A stretch of DNA of 63,552 nt, the filler included, from Choristocarpus tenellus KU-1152 (Eukaryota; Protista; Phaeophyceae): assembly GCA_964200185.2 (NCBI GenBank). It is 7 parts of 7 records of this genome, joined end to end, with 100 filler letters (N's around TTAATTAATTAA, not from the genome) between each part and the next. Parts side by side here need not be neighbours in the genome. Positions count along the whole stretch, not along the records: positions 1 to 22,668 come from CAXNAD020000282.1; positions 22,769 to 35,266 come from CAXNAD020001816.1; 5 more parts are not named here. One strand, 5' to 3'. The notes under the pieces are model-generated. The model was not told the origin of the DNA. It ran no database searches and saw only the letters and a list, made by a program, of their open reading frames with translations. The first letter of the stretch is position 1. The number at the start of each line of letters is the position of its first letter. A program made the position numbers and the translations under genes. Of the stretch, positions 15,701 to 28,500 are shown piece by piece.

Positions 15701-18700
15701 AACACCTCTAAATACCAACACTGTTGTCACTCTTGTGATATGTTGCAGGTTCACTCCACAGTTCTTAGAGGGTTTGGCTGGTTCAATTCGCAGAGAATAC
15801 GTTGCTGGCTCCCGTGCCAAGCAGATTCTCCATCGTGCGCAGTTAGCAGATGCAGGAAATGCCTCAAAGGAGGCGTTGGCACTGGCAGAGAAGAAGAGAA
15901 GGGGTGGGGCAAGGTACGCCCTGGTAGTGTGAAGCCGCCCTCTTTTCTTTATACTGCACACTAGTACAGTGTATTATTTCTGTAGCTGTGCTGGTATGGG
16001 TTACTCTCAATGAGTATTTATAGGAGTATGCCTGTTGTGTCCCACGCCAACATGCATATGCAGATTTTATGGAGTTTGCAATCCCATGCAATTGCCAGCA
16101 TCACCAACCTGCGCATTGGCAGAAGGCATCAAAATACTCGAAATGCTGGTTTTGGAGAATTTGAGTGCCTTATGCAACTTCAGTCTTCTGCTATATTGTG
16201 AGTTGTTATTCTACCGCCCGTATCGCAGTGCCTCAATGATGTATGTTGCGTTCACATGCCTAGCACCTGTATGGGCCAGCAAGCAATGTGCTATTGTTCC
16301 ATTTTTGGGCGACATTTTTGGGTATAGCAACAGAACATCTCCTGAATTATGCGCAACAGAAGACTTTGTCAGCAAAATTGTTGCATGTGTTTTTTCTACA
16401 GCAACCCACTTGTTTCAGGGTCCCATGTTATTTGACAGGATCAGTCAAGTCCCATTTCTTGAGTAAGTGGTTAGAGTTCTTGTTCTCTATGGGCTATTGA
16501 CATTGATGTAATTTTTGGATTTTCCGCACAACATACGGTTCTTCAGTTTGAGACATCAACCTTTTCCCTCTCCCTCCTCTTCATTTGCCTTTGCCATCCC
16601 TACTCAGTGGTATTGAGTGGTGGGATGTTACCCTCCGTCATATGGAAGGAGGTGGTCCTACTGACTTCGTTGAAAAGGTGAGGGAAAGGAGAAAGGATGT
16701 TTGAATATTGTACTTTCAGGGAGAGAACCAACCTGTGCAGTACGGCAGTGTGGCAAGGGGTGGAGGTGGATCTATAGTTGGGTCGATCCATCACTCCATT
16801 GACATCATTATCCTCTCCCTTAAAGATGATGCATTCGTCCCTGTAAGCAGCCTAGTATCTGCTTGCCTTTGGACATTCTATTATAATTGTGACTGAGAAT
16901 TGTGCAGTACACACTGTCTTTATATGCATTTGCCCGTCTTTAACCTGTATCAATAATGCCTCATATTCATTCCAACCCTCAGGAAAAATCTCATATGTTC
17001 GACTGAGCTTCATGTTTAGACACGTTTCACGATGAAACCATACTTACAATGCCGCCCACACTACTACCCATATCCACAACCATGTCCACACCTCAACTCG
17101 ATCGTCTTACCCCCAGGCAAAGGCAGAGCTCATGCATGAAGCTGAAGAGGGTGAACAGAATACGATGGTGAGGCGTCACTTTCCGAATTTCAACACACTG
17201 GCGGGGTTGAGGATAGGACTCACTCTCAAGACAAAGGCAAGTGGTGCAACTTGGTGGTTGGAATTTTGGTAGTTTACACACTCGGCTAGTCAAAATGAAC
17301 TGTACCTCAAGACAACAAGAAAGCATTTGGTACATTAGTTCTTTACCAATGCTTGTTCTTGGATTGATCCTGACATTTGTGCACTCTATCACCTGGACCT
17401 GGTGCTGTAGCAGTGTCTACTCTGGTTCTGTAATCCTTTTTGTAGTGAAGCAAAAAATGTCAGTACTGACAAATGCAGGAAGTGGTTACACTCCCTGCCT
17501 ACCTCAGGGGAAAACAAGCAACAATCCCCAGTAAAAGTACTCAATTCTTCCTCAGAGTACCACCAGTGGATTTGCATCCTCCTGTGTATAATCCTGGTGA
17601 CCCATAGTGTCCTAGATGCGGAGAGGTTAGTCCAGGTCATCCATTCAAAGCTTGATGGGGTATTGTAAAATATCCCAGTTCGATGCCTATTTTGTGGGTG
17701 ATTTTTCGGAAATTGTTCCAGGAAGGGGGATGGAAAAGGAAGGTGAACCCAGATTAAGTAAATTACACTTTTGTCTGACACGTTCACTCAAATGAGCATG
17801 AAACTTGCTACAATATTACAGAGGCCTTGAATTGACGCCCCTCTCTAGGATACTATGGGCCTGTGTCATGTGCCCTACACAGGATTTGCAAACCATGGGC
17901 GAGCAGATGCTTTGCAAACCCTAGATGTAGCAGGTTGTTATGTGCAACATGCACCAATCTTTTAAACTGGTAAGTTTTTTTTGGTTTTCAGCTCGTGGGA
18001 TATGCTTCCTCTACTTCATCTGGTATCAAACCAGTACTAACTCCCATGACGAGTATCTGGGTTGTTACAAGTTCCATATTCCACATATCCCTGAAATCCA
18101 TCCATCAACCTACATTGTTCAGTGAAGCTTTGGTTCTCTCCACTATGTTAAATCCCAATTGTTTTTATATATCACTTTGTATCTTGCTTTCTTTATTCTG
18201 GTTATTGCTTGAACTCATGTCCCCAAATCACACTAGAGAGAGGTGGCAGAGTGGGCAGTACAACATAGAAGCCAATAAAGCTACTATTATTTAGTTTATT
18301 CCGTAAGTGCAGCGAGTCAAAGTAAACGAGAGGTACCCAGGTTTTGACTGTTTTGCATTTTAAGACAGTTTTTCAACCTTTTGCAATTCACCCAAATTTC
18401 TATGGATGAAGTTCTAAGTTTCACTTGAGAGAGTTTATTTTTCTATTAGTTGAAAGTTGTCCTACACAATCAAAAGAATATCCTACACTTCGTTTCTTAG
18501 AAAGTCGAATTTTGCGGATATTTCTCAACTTCCTTAAACGGAACTCTGGGCACCTCTCTCTTTTACTTTGACTTAGTAAATCAAACTGGCATACTAATGT
18601 ACCAACCAACGACCTCCGTTGCTTGCAATTCGTTTTCATGTTGACTGAATACAATTGAGTACTAGACGAACATATCCCATATAGCTAGTAACCCTACTGT

Positions 18701-21700
18701 AAATAGGATCGTCAGAGTACCCCTAAACAAGGGTTGTTCCCACAACCATCAGAATCAAGGTTCGTGCAATGGTGATATTGGCAGTAGTAAGATTCATTCA
18801 CATACATTGGTCATGTGTGTAATACCGTTCCACATATAATGTATCATATCCAAATTCGAATGGCACAATGGCTTCGCCTCAATTTTTTTCTGCTCTATTT
18901 TTGTAATGTCTTTCTGATTACGGGAATTCCCTTCCTCTGTGGACTAGAAGTCATAAAGCTTGGTCATATCATACCATCTACTAACTGCAACCCCATTTAC
19001 GCCACTGAACATTTTAGACTGAGATCTGAATATGCTCGATTTTTCGCCACGAAATGTAGTGTTTCATTTGGTTTTCAGGTGAAGTACAACAAAATTAGCA
19101 TGACCTATACTAGACAAAATGAAAACCCAACTTTGCGGTTTTACTGGTCAATAAATTCGCTAGCGTCCAATGCTGGGATTCTGCCATTGACCTGCTGTTC
19201 AAACAACTTTCCCATACAGCAAGATGATCAGTACGAAAGCTACTCTTCATATAATATCGATTTATTCTTGGACCTTGGAGATTAACGTTGCAGACAGTGA
19301 ACATGGGGGTCTCTGCACATTGCTGCACAGGGGAAAATCGAGTTGTTGAATGTTTATGCTTTAAGGTCTCGATTCTGTACTCTTTTCCCACCGCCAGACA
19401 AATCATCTCTTTGTTGATAAAACAAGCTGCTATTAACCCATGTGGTGCTCAGAGGGTTGAAAATGACCATACGAATAATTGTGAAGCAGAAGTCACTATC
19501 ATTGTGTCAAATATTTTATTTTACGACATAGTATTGCCACTGACATTATTTTCCAGATATGAAGGGGGAAAAGTACTACACTGTATAAGAGAACACCGTG
19601 AAAATAGCAGCACATAACCTATGGCAAAAAGACCTCCCTACACAACTTAGACCTCTACCACTTTGTTACTATACCCTTGTGATGAAATAAGGGGAGATTA
19701 TGGCATTGATCGTCTATGGTAGATGAACATTATGAATGCTAACCCTAGAAAATGTTTGTGCAGTTTGAGAGTCAAAGTATCTTAGAGGGTAGAGCCGTGT
19801 CCATTTAGGGTCCAAAATCCCATATTGTGATTTTGATGTAATTTTGGCTATGGTGTTTGTTAGGAACCGTCAATATCCTTGTTCGGGACACACCTTTTCA
19901 TAATGTATACATTTCACCTACTCCGAAACATTTCGGACTAGGAAAATATCATAAAAAGAACCGTGGGAAGCCAACCCCCAAATGGACAAACAGGGAAGAA
20001 CTCGTACCCTCTAAGATACGTTCACACTCAGGAATCCGATTTTCTTTAAGTGATATTCTCTACGGGAAGGAATCAAAGTATTGACTACTCCAGAGTAATA
20101 AGTGCAATGGAGTTTTAAGATACCACAAGCTATTGGTAGATATTTGGTGTGATGACCTCCTGTCAGCGTCCGCAGCACATACCTCGTCCCATCCCTTACC
20201 TACCTTCACCCCTCTTCCCAACCTTTTACCTTTCAAAGTAGATATTATAGAGGTACTGCATAGTGCTTGGACGCTCAAAGCTCACTGCTTTCGCCCTCAA
20301 AGTAATCGCCTCTTTTTTGCAGTCTCTGTCCTCCTATCGTATCAGACTGCGCCCCTTTCCGTGTTTACAGTATTTCTACCCCAATTCATTCTCCATAGGA
20401 GGTTTTGACTCGCCGCTCTGCAGTCCTGCTTAAACTGGAGAGACTAAGTGTGGATCCTACTGCGATGGAGGTGCATGAGAACAGTAACTGCAGGAGGTGC
20501 CGTGCTGACTGGGACAAGACCGGCCCAGTCTGCAGGTAGGGCAAGATCTCTAGACTGAGAGGTGATACTTAAGGTCAGGGTTTGGACTTTTGGAAGGGAG
20601 CAGTTCCTGTTTGAAAGAAGGATCCGACCACTGACAAGGATTTCCAACCAGCATGTGCTGTGGTTAGTGAAGCTACTACAACAAGGGGATAGAGTACTGT
20701 TGAGTGTGACATATTTGCCAAGCAACACAAAGTTCAGGGAAGAATACAAACTACTCTGACCAGAAGACAAAGTTCGGTCAAGTGTGACATGTTTGCCAAG
20801 CAACACAAGGTTCAGGGAAGAATACAAACTACTGTGGCCAGAAGACAACGTTCGGTCAAGTGTGACATGTTTGCCAAGAAGAACAAGGTTAGGGAAGAAT
20901 ACAAAGATAGAAGAAACTCAACTTTCCTGGCCCCTGGCCTCTTTTCAGTTCTCCCCCCAGGACACTCTTGCTTTGTTGAGATCCATGGCCAATACCCCCA
21001 AATTTCATCTTGGAGGCAGGCACTGCAAACTAGAGGAGGACATTGAGTCTTGGGAGTCCTGTGTGGTGTACTATCGGAGGCAACAAAAGGGTGAACTTTA
21101 CGGTGCAGGTGCCAGCTCTGGATTAAGCAGGTGGGTTCTTGCTCCTTTTGGGCCGATAAGAGAGTACTTCATTATTGTCACTATGTCAATACTACGTTTC
21201 CGTTGTGTACCTCATTTCGTTGCATGACCCGTTATTAAATTGACTCAAGAAAAATTACCCACAACTCACTACCCAGTGATGTAGAATTCAGCTTGAAAGC
21301 TAGTATGCCCTACATCACACTTGATGTAGGGAAGCCCTTGTAGAATTGGGTGGAAGTCTGATATAGGGTATGAGTTGAAGGCCTGCTAAGACGTTGAAAA
21401 AACCCCATGTTTGAGGCATTTTGTTTTCAGGTGCAGATAGGAGAATTTTTGCAAAACCGTTTTGTAACTGATACTCTCTGGCCTATCACACAAGCTGTAC
21501 ATGTACACACATGTAGGAAGTAGGAGGAAGCCCAATATGACATATATGCTCAAGGTTGGAAGGTGATCGCACATGCTTACCTTTGTTGAGACATCAGGGC
21601 ACAATTTTGGACACATCTGATTTTTGGTGGAGAATATTCATTTTATGGACAGAGAATCAACAGTTAAGCAGTAGGTTTTGAGTATGGAGCTGGCTTGAGT

Positions 21701-22255
21701 AATAGATTAGAAGGTTGAAGTACATGCACAGGGCAGCCCCCTTCACAAATTTGAGAAGCTCACTGCAGTGGGAGGGAGGGTGTGTTGGAATAGGCTTGTA
21801 GCGGGAGATGGCTTTATGAGACGTGCACTTGGTAATTTGATGCCTTTACTTTAGTAGGTAATGATGGGGAGAAGGGAAGTTAGGTGATGACCCAAACACA
21901 TTTGGACTGACTCTGACCGGGGGATGTAGAACCAAAGATGCATTAAGTTCAACTTGATCTTCAATCACACATGAGTGTATGGGTGCGTTTTTTTCAAGAA
22001 CAAACCATCATGCATGTTGAAGAAGTCTCTTTTTTATCATCATCAAACACCCTGTCCTCTTCTGCTTTCCCGCCCCAATAAGGGGTCAGTTTTTGCATAG
22101 ATGGAGTGAATGGAGACTCCCACAATCACTTGTAACCTTCCCCTTCTAGCTTAGCCATGCAATGACCATGTTTCCTTCCCTCCATGTCTAGACCTGATTC
22201 AAGCCAAGATGCAGGACCTGGAGTCAATAATGCTTACAAGGGGAGAAGTTACAAG
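745..22255 (+). CDS. SHPRH: SHPRH-like SNF2 helicase / E3 ubiquitin ligase, internal part (5' and 3' ends outside contig), 18 exons
   Basis: Phase-consistent exons: 745-873 (YRVVPSPLVCLRWWRVCIDEAHMVE, motif II), 2422-2494 (RWCVSGTPIGKGSIEDLYGLLLFLK, motif III), 2918-3023, 4246-4301 (VMWRVTKASVAEQVEIPTQ), 5643-5731 (FSSVEAHFYRKQH), 6333-6515 (LIKLRQACCHP), 7571-8008, 9003-9296, 10984-11182, 11605-12324, 13448-13552 (DDLQVLHIAHNL), 14272/14284-14576, 15749-15913, 16608-16677 (EWWD), 17117-17236, 20399-20535 (CRRCRADWDKTGPVC), 21020-21130 (HCKLEE), 22192-22255. Motif order matches SHPRH as I recall it. Confidence 0.9.
14759..14950 (+). mobile_element. MITE-like element, subfamily A, degenerate copy lacking left TIR
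   Basis: TGTTTGTTAGAAAGTGTCTATATCCTTG...CCGTGGGAAGCCAAG...GGACAAACAGGGCAAAACTCCTACCCTCT aligns with the body and right end of the other copies. Confidence 0.75.
18314..18574. mobile_element. MITE-like element, subfamily B (261 bp)
   Basis: Imperfect ~28-bp TIRs GAGTCAAAGTAAACGAGAGGTACCCAG / CTGGGCACCTCTCTCTTTTACTTTGACTT. It shares its first 11 nt with subfamily A, but the body is different. Confidence 0.7.
19769..20029 (+). mobile_element. MITE-like element, subfamily A (~260 bp), full copy in an SHPRH intron
   Basis: TIRs GAGTCAAAGTATCTTAGAGGGTA ... TACCCTCTAAGATAC, with internal GTCCATTT/AAATGGAC. The body is homologous to 52224-52481 and 22515-22668. Confidence 0.85.
20703..20905. repeat. 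78-bp tandem repeat, ~2.5 copies (intronic)
   Basis: AGTGTGACAT recurs at 20703, 20781 and 20859, with a conserved TTTGCCAAG...AGGGAAGAATACAAA. Confidence 0.9.
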
Positions 22256-22514
22256 GTGATCAAAAACGCCCCTCTCAGAGTTGATGCTGTTCTGGTTTAA
22301 TTGGTGGTCTCTAGAGTAGCTCCTTCCCATTTTTGAGTGTCATGAGGTAGTACTCTATAATTCAGTTCTAACTACATTTAACGCATAGTTGCTGCAAGTA
22401 TTTATTTTTGACATATTCAAGTGTCTTCTCTTCTGTGCTTTGCCGAGAGGAAGAAGATTGAATGGGTGCTGCACGTTGTTTTTCTTTTTGAACATCTTGC
22501 CATGTTGACCATGA

Positions 22515-22668
22515 GAGCCAAAGTATCTTAGAGGGTAGACCCTCGTCCATTTGGGGGGCAAACTCCAATGTTGCGATGTTGATATAATTTTGGCTATCAT
22601 GTTTGTTAGGAAGTGTCAATATCCTTGTTCCCGACACACCTTTTCATAACATACACATTTTACCTACT
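22515..22668 (+). mobile_element. MITE-like element, subfamily A, truncated by contig end
   Basis: GAGCCAAAGTATCTTAGAGGGTAG plus the shared body TTTTGGCTATCATGTTTGTTAGGA...GACACACCTTTTCATAAC. Confidence 0.85.
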
Positions 22669-22768
22669 NNNNNNNNNNNNNNNNNNNNNNNNNNNNNNNN
22701 NNNNNNNNNNNNTTAATTAATTAANNNNNNNNNNNNNNNNNNNNNNNNNNNNNNNNNNNNNNNNNNNN
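22669..22768. other. Artificial contig linker N44-TTAATTAATTAA-N44 (also 35267-35366, 40536-40635, 44875-44974, 50173-50272, 52938-53037)
   Basis: An identical 100-nt spacer with stops in all six frames occurs six times. Genes are truncated at these points. Confidence 0.97.
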
Positions 22769-24122
22769 CCCTCCGTAGCCCCCCCCCCCCCCCCCCAGAT
22801 ACTTTTAGCCCCTTTCCAGGCACAGAGTCAACACCACACTTCAGCAAAGGCTCTTTCTGCAATTATACAAAATAGCACCTTTTTGCTATTTCTTGGGATC
22901 CCTAAAATGCAACCTTCCCTACTCAATTTTTTTGGCTCTGACATACTCTTCAACCATACAGGGGTCTGGGACCCCTCAGACTAAAGCGACGAGAAAATGC
23001 ACAACTAAAAATGATGAAATATTACAGAGAGCTGCCAGTGTAGCACCAACAATGAGTATGCAATGCGTGTCTCCCCTCGGAGATGTTGTGACCAGGGTTA
23101 GTGTAAGAGTTCCTGTAAATACTACACTCGCCCTGCAAATATGCACAGCACATGCTAAGAGGCTGGAGGGTTGGCCAGAACATCGTTAGTATATGCACAG
23201 TTTTTGTCATTAAGAATAGAGAGAACCTAACCCCACCAAACCCAGGATCATGGTACGACAATCGATGGATTAATACAAAAAAAACATATCGGCACTTTCT
23301 CCCAGTCAATTTTGGGTCAACTCCATCCTCAATGAAAAGCTCCATCCTCAATTTTTGAAATCTGCTGTTATTTGCACCATTAGAAGATGGGTTGTTTGGT
23401 ATCACATCGAATAGACCCTGAAAATAGGATAGGTTTCCTGGGTAACCCTCTTTCATGCTGCCTGATTCTTGACCACAACTACTGCTCTAGAACACAGTCA
23501 TTCACTCTACTCTATTGCGTTGCGGAGAGTGAGAAGACTTGATCCATTTCATGAGCCAAGTAGTCTTGAACTCATCACGAGAGATCTACCCCGTGAAAAG
23601 TTTCAAGGGTTGGCAACGTATATAGCTCTACCAACAAACAGTTCAGAACTCTAGAGCCTACTTTTGGAGACAGAATTCGGGTTAGTGATGGAGATGAGGA
23701 TGAATTTACAGTACGTCAACACAGCAATAGAGAAATACTATACTAAATTCTGGGTCCGGTTATTCTCATTGCTTCCTAATCACAGTAGAAACAAAGATCA
23801 ATTTGCATGTGCAGTGTGAAGCAAGGTGGGGGGTTCGCGAATAATGTCCATTCCTCTTGAAAAGTCTAAACACATGCTTTCACCTGTAAACAAGCACTAT
23901 GCTCATTTCATGAGGTGTGCTTTGGTTTCTTGCGCAAGGTTCCTGGGACTCCAGAAGCAGATGGTACAGAACAATGATAGAAGCAGTTTGTCGATGGGTT
24001 ACATTTCGCACCTCTAGTCAAATACATTATCTGTGTGTTGTTGTAAATGCAGAGGAAACAATATCCTTGTTGTACAAGAATTACATATTGACTACCATCA
24101 GTTTTCGCTTGGCCTTTTTATT

Positions 24123-24459
24123 GTGCAGGGGAATCCCGTTCATCAGGAGCCGCAACTGTTACATATTTCACTTTTTCGAACGCATTTTGGAAATCTTAAC
24201 CCTTAACCCTAACCCAAGGCCTAACTCGTGGGTGAAAAACACCCCTAACTAGCCGAGAATTTTTCTGGGAGAAGTTTCACAGTTTGATGCAACTGTACAA
24301 TGTGCACAGGGGAACCAACCATTGCAATCTATTTTTCACTTTTGTAGATTTTCGAAAACCTAACCCTAACCCTGACCTCTGTGAGAAAAATAATTCGTTT
24401 GAAGATGTGAAAATAGTTTGACAGCGGTGTTTCCCCAAGGTGGTATTTCCCCTGTGCAC
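24123..24459. mobile_element. Degenerate foldback/MITE-like element with GTGCACAGGGGAA ends
   Basis: Perfect 13-bp inverted repeat at 24302-24314 / 24447-24459. A further degenerate ~65-bp arm from 24123 also pairs with the right end. Confidence 0.5.
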
Positions 24460-25577
24460 GACGACACAATAGCATAGGGCCATGGCATTGATTTAATTAC
24501 TTACATAATCATCTCGGGTCCTGTCTTGAGTAGAGCATGGGGTTGGAGCAACACAGGTGGTGTGTACATGTAACCAAGCCAAAGTCCTCTCAACAAGACA
24601 ACAAATATCACGAGAGAGAAAAATCACAACAAGAACCAGTTTGGAGGAAAACAATCTTGAGCATCGCCACTGTTGCTCCAAAGTGACCTTCTCCATGTTC
24701 CATAGACGTGAGAGTGCCAATGAGAGAACAACAGAGAAAGCTATGTATTGGTTTGTAGTGTTAATACCACAACCCTCAATATCGCAACAAAAATTGTGTA
24801 GCACTGCCTTACAACTTGTTTTAACCTTCCACCACCCATTACCTATGAGTCAGGATCCAGGGTATGGTCCGTACATCAAACAACTCTGATAGAGATCTAC
24901 TTCAAACTTAAGAACACATTTAGGATGACACATAGCACAACCTCGAACCTCTTTCACAAAAAAAAAAGCCTACACTACCACTGCGAGGAAGAGGAGGAGG
25001 AGAAGGAGAGATAAGTCTTTCGACACTCTGAAGAACACAGCTACATGTTCAACATACACACACACCTTCTTGCAATTTACTCCCACAACACAAGCAGTAC
25101 CTCGCCATACCAAGACTTGAGGTTTTGAAGCAAATTTCAGAGAAAAGGGGTCCTGTTGGCTCAATGTGGCGTACAGGCTATTCCACCAATTTTGAAAAAA
25201 TGAAGCTGTTCTTGATATGACCACTACATAATCTTTTTGGCACGACTCAGTGACCAAACATCTCAAACAAGAGCCCATGTTGAGTCTACAAATGCGGCCA
25301 CAAATGAAGTGCTATATTCACATTGTACCAAACGACTGTAGATATCTACCATGTCATCAATATCACCAGTACTAGCACGTCTTGCAGCCCTGCAAATGAC
25401 TCCCCACAAAAAAATTCTATCCCACCATCTCCTGGGAAGAAAACCTCTGTTGAGCTTGTGTGTGTAATCTACTCACACAGTATGTACCTCCCAAGTTGTA
25501 ACAAGCAAACGATATTGGGCTCGAACCAGGTGCTAACAGTGAACCCCTGCACAGGCCACACCTCACTGGAGCTATCA

Positions 25578-28500
25578 CTAATCATCGAGAACAACGATAG
25601 AATCTTCAGTGCCTGGAAATGATGCCCCAGACAGTGTTTTCCTTCCTACATCCGCTGAAAATTCGTTCCTAGGGGAGCTCTGTTGTCTGTTTGTCTTCGC
25701 CCCAAACAATGCTTTCATCCCTGCTGCAGTGGCAGTACTTCCTCCTAAAGAACGAGCTTTCTTCTTAGCTGATGACAATGATCCAGACCCGTTCAACCCC
25801 TCCACCTTTCTCTTCCCACCAATTGCATCACTACGAACACTACTGTCTTGACTAGGGGGCGAATTGAAGGCTGCGGCTGATCCAAAGAAGCTGTGCATTG
25901 TCTTTGGGGCTGTCTTTACCCTGCATAGCAGCGCCAGATCAACCTCTTTCACATCCTCTGCATGTCCTGCTTCACCCCCTTCAACAGCAATCTGCCGAAC
26001 TTTGTACAGCTCGGTGAGGTTTAATCGCAGAGTGCCCAGTGCAGTAGTGGGAACCCGAACACCAACTAGCTTGCGCCCGTCATCAAGGATGACACGATTC
26101 ACCTGTGGAAGCCAGGAAGGGGTCGATTTGTACAAAACAAGATAATACAACAATACCAAGTATAGCAGTTACAATTAAGGTGACTTCAGAGTCAGTCAGT
26201 GGCATTGTGTTCCTTGGTTCTTGCAAAAAAACTGAGGTTGATGGGACATCAGAAAGAAAATGCATCCTGGTCGCATGGTTATTCCAAGAACACTTTCATT
26301 TTCCCCTTCCGGCGTTGTCTGGACAAAACCCAAGGATGACCAAGCATATTATGGTGGCAACCAACCCAATTTCTTACACCAGTCTGTACTACTCCTATAT
26401 TTGAGATTTGGGGGTTTTGAACAAGAGGGTGCTTTCGTCTTTCCAGGCCAATATGAAAGAGGAACATAGCGTTTGTTGAGCAATCATGCCATTTTACTTC
26501 ATTAATCTGGCATACAATAGTAGGTAATGTTCTACTGGTGGACCAGATGCCCTTGAATAACTACAATACTATTATGCATTAAGGTTAAGGTTTCAAGCCA
26601 TGTCAAAGATATTCTGTATTTTTTTAAATGATAACAGGAGAGGGGGGGGCTGCAGGGCTTGCGGTTTCTCTTATGTCAAATGTGACACGTACAGATGCCT
26701 ATTCTATCACAGAGTAGTATGAAGTAGTATGATTATTGGAGAAAATATACACATTGTTAGGTCAAGATCAACTTGCACCTCCCTAGCCCTATGAAGGAGA
26801 GCGAACAGGTGTACAACAGTTCAACCCCAGCACAGGAGGGGTCCTTCCAAACATCATTTCTTCAGAGAGTCAAGAAAAACGCTTCTAACATTGTTGCATG
26901 AAAGAGATTTATAAAAATTAGAGTGTCATTTTAACCCATAACATAAGAGTGATATCCAATACAGAATGCCAGAGGGTGATGCAGCTTCTTCATTGGTCAA
27001 TCATTTAACAAACATTGCATTCTTTGTACATTAATAGGGGACCTAACCCTAACCCTAACCCTAAACTCATCATGATGTTTCACAGTAATAGGACCAATGT
27101 TTCATTGCTATAGTGTAGGCAGTACTCAGTCCAACAGTGCCATCATGCAATTATGTGGAGCATATCCGACTGTCGTTCACATAAGGGCACCAAAAAAATA
27201 CGTTATAGAGTGCCGTGTGGTTGACACTTGACCAAAAGCTCAACTCTAACTCTAACCCTAACACTGCTGACTGTAATACCCAAATACCACTACTAAAATT
27301 ACTTCAAGTAGTTATTGTTGACAGTGTCACCCCATTTCTCAATGACACCTATCCTCACGCTTTCTCCTAGGACTAATTGAACCTTGTGGTAGTACTTGAG
27401 ATAGTACATGAGATAGTACTTCTGATGGTAGATTGTTGTGCTCAGCACTCAGTACCGACAACAAAAGCACTCTGGGTGACCTGGTTTTTCACGTGAGAAC
27501 AAACTCTTTGAGTTGAGGGATTAACTTCTTCAGCTCACAAGTGTAGTGAGATGTGTGACCAAATTGCCGAGTAGCTGCATAGTCCCAGAAAAAAAGCTGA
27601 GTAACATTTGCTATGGCCAGGCCTGCCTAATTCCTTACTCCTCTCAACATAGTCCTGTCCACAATGTACATCCACAAACACACCAGCACAAAATCTAATG
27701 ACAACATTGGTGTAGTGAAGATCTCCCACATGCAGTGCTGTGGTGTGCTCCAGACATGTACTTTAGTACAATATAGGTAATCTTGATCTATAGCACAACT
27801 CACAATGATCGGTACCATACATAATTCTAACCCAACCCTATAGTACTATGAGAGGGTACAATGCATGCAACAAACTGTGGCTGTTCAAGAATTCATATTC
27901 AAGGAACAATTCAACTCAGACCCTAAACTCATTTTGTGTGCTGGAGGATCAGAAATATAGTGTACATGTTGTATTACCAAAAAACACAACTCTGGGACCA
28001 CTCTCCGTTGTAGATGTGTACTTAATCTCCCTTCATACAGTGCAGGATGATACTGTGAGTCATCAAGGTGATGTTACCCCAATAGCAATGTGGGAAACCC
28101 CATGAGGACTATCTGTGGGATGTCAGGAATAAAAAAAAGAATAGAAAAAAAAGACGAATGCCAATTCTAGCCCTTTCATAGAGATAAGTTAGTCTTCTCA
28201 TTGTGTACGAATAGATAAATTGTAAATAGATAAATCGTCAAGAGATAAATTGCCAATAGCTACATTGTACACAATTTCAGTGGGAGGTCTTTGAATGCAA
28301 GAAAGGATTAGATAGGGTAAGGGTAAGCATCTGGCCAACATTACATTGATGATCTGTACTTGAGTCAAAATCATTGAATGCCCCTGTGAAGTCTTTGCAC
28401 GATGACAATGATAGGGTTAGGGATAGGATGAAATTCAGACTGATAGTGATATAATATACTAGACTTGAATAAAGTAGGAAAGAAAGTCTTTGCCCTCTGA

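Noticed and set aside
20703-20905. Repeat arrays (78, 48 and 42 bp) as possible CRISPR-like arrays
   Set aside because: They are head-to-tail tandem units without unique spacers, in a eukaryotic intronic context with no cas genes.
22713-22724. Recurrent palindrome TTAATTAATTAA
   Set aside because: It is always centred in 100-nt N spacers, so it is an artificial contig linker. Gene adjacency across it has no biological meaning.
23022-23456. 144-aa minus-strand ORF
   Set aside because: No recognisable domain and no convincing splice partners.
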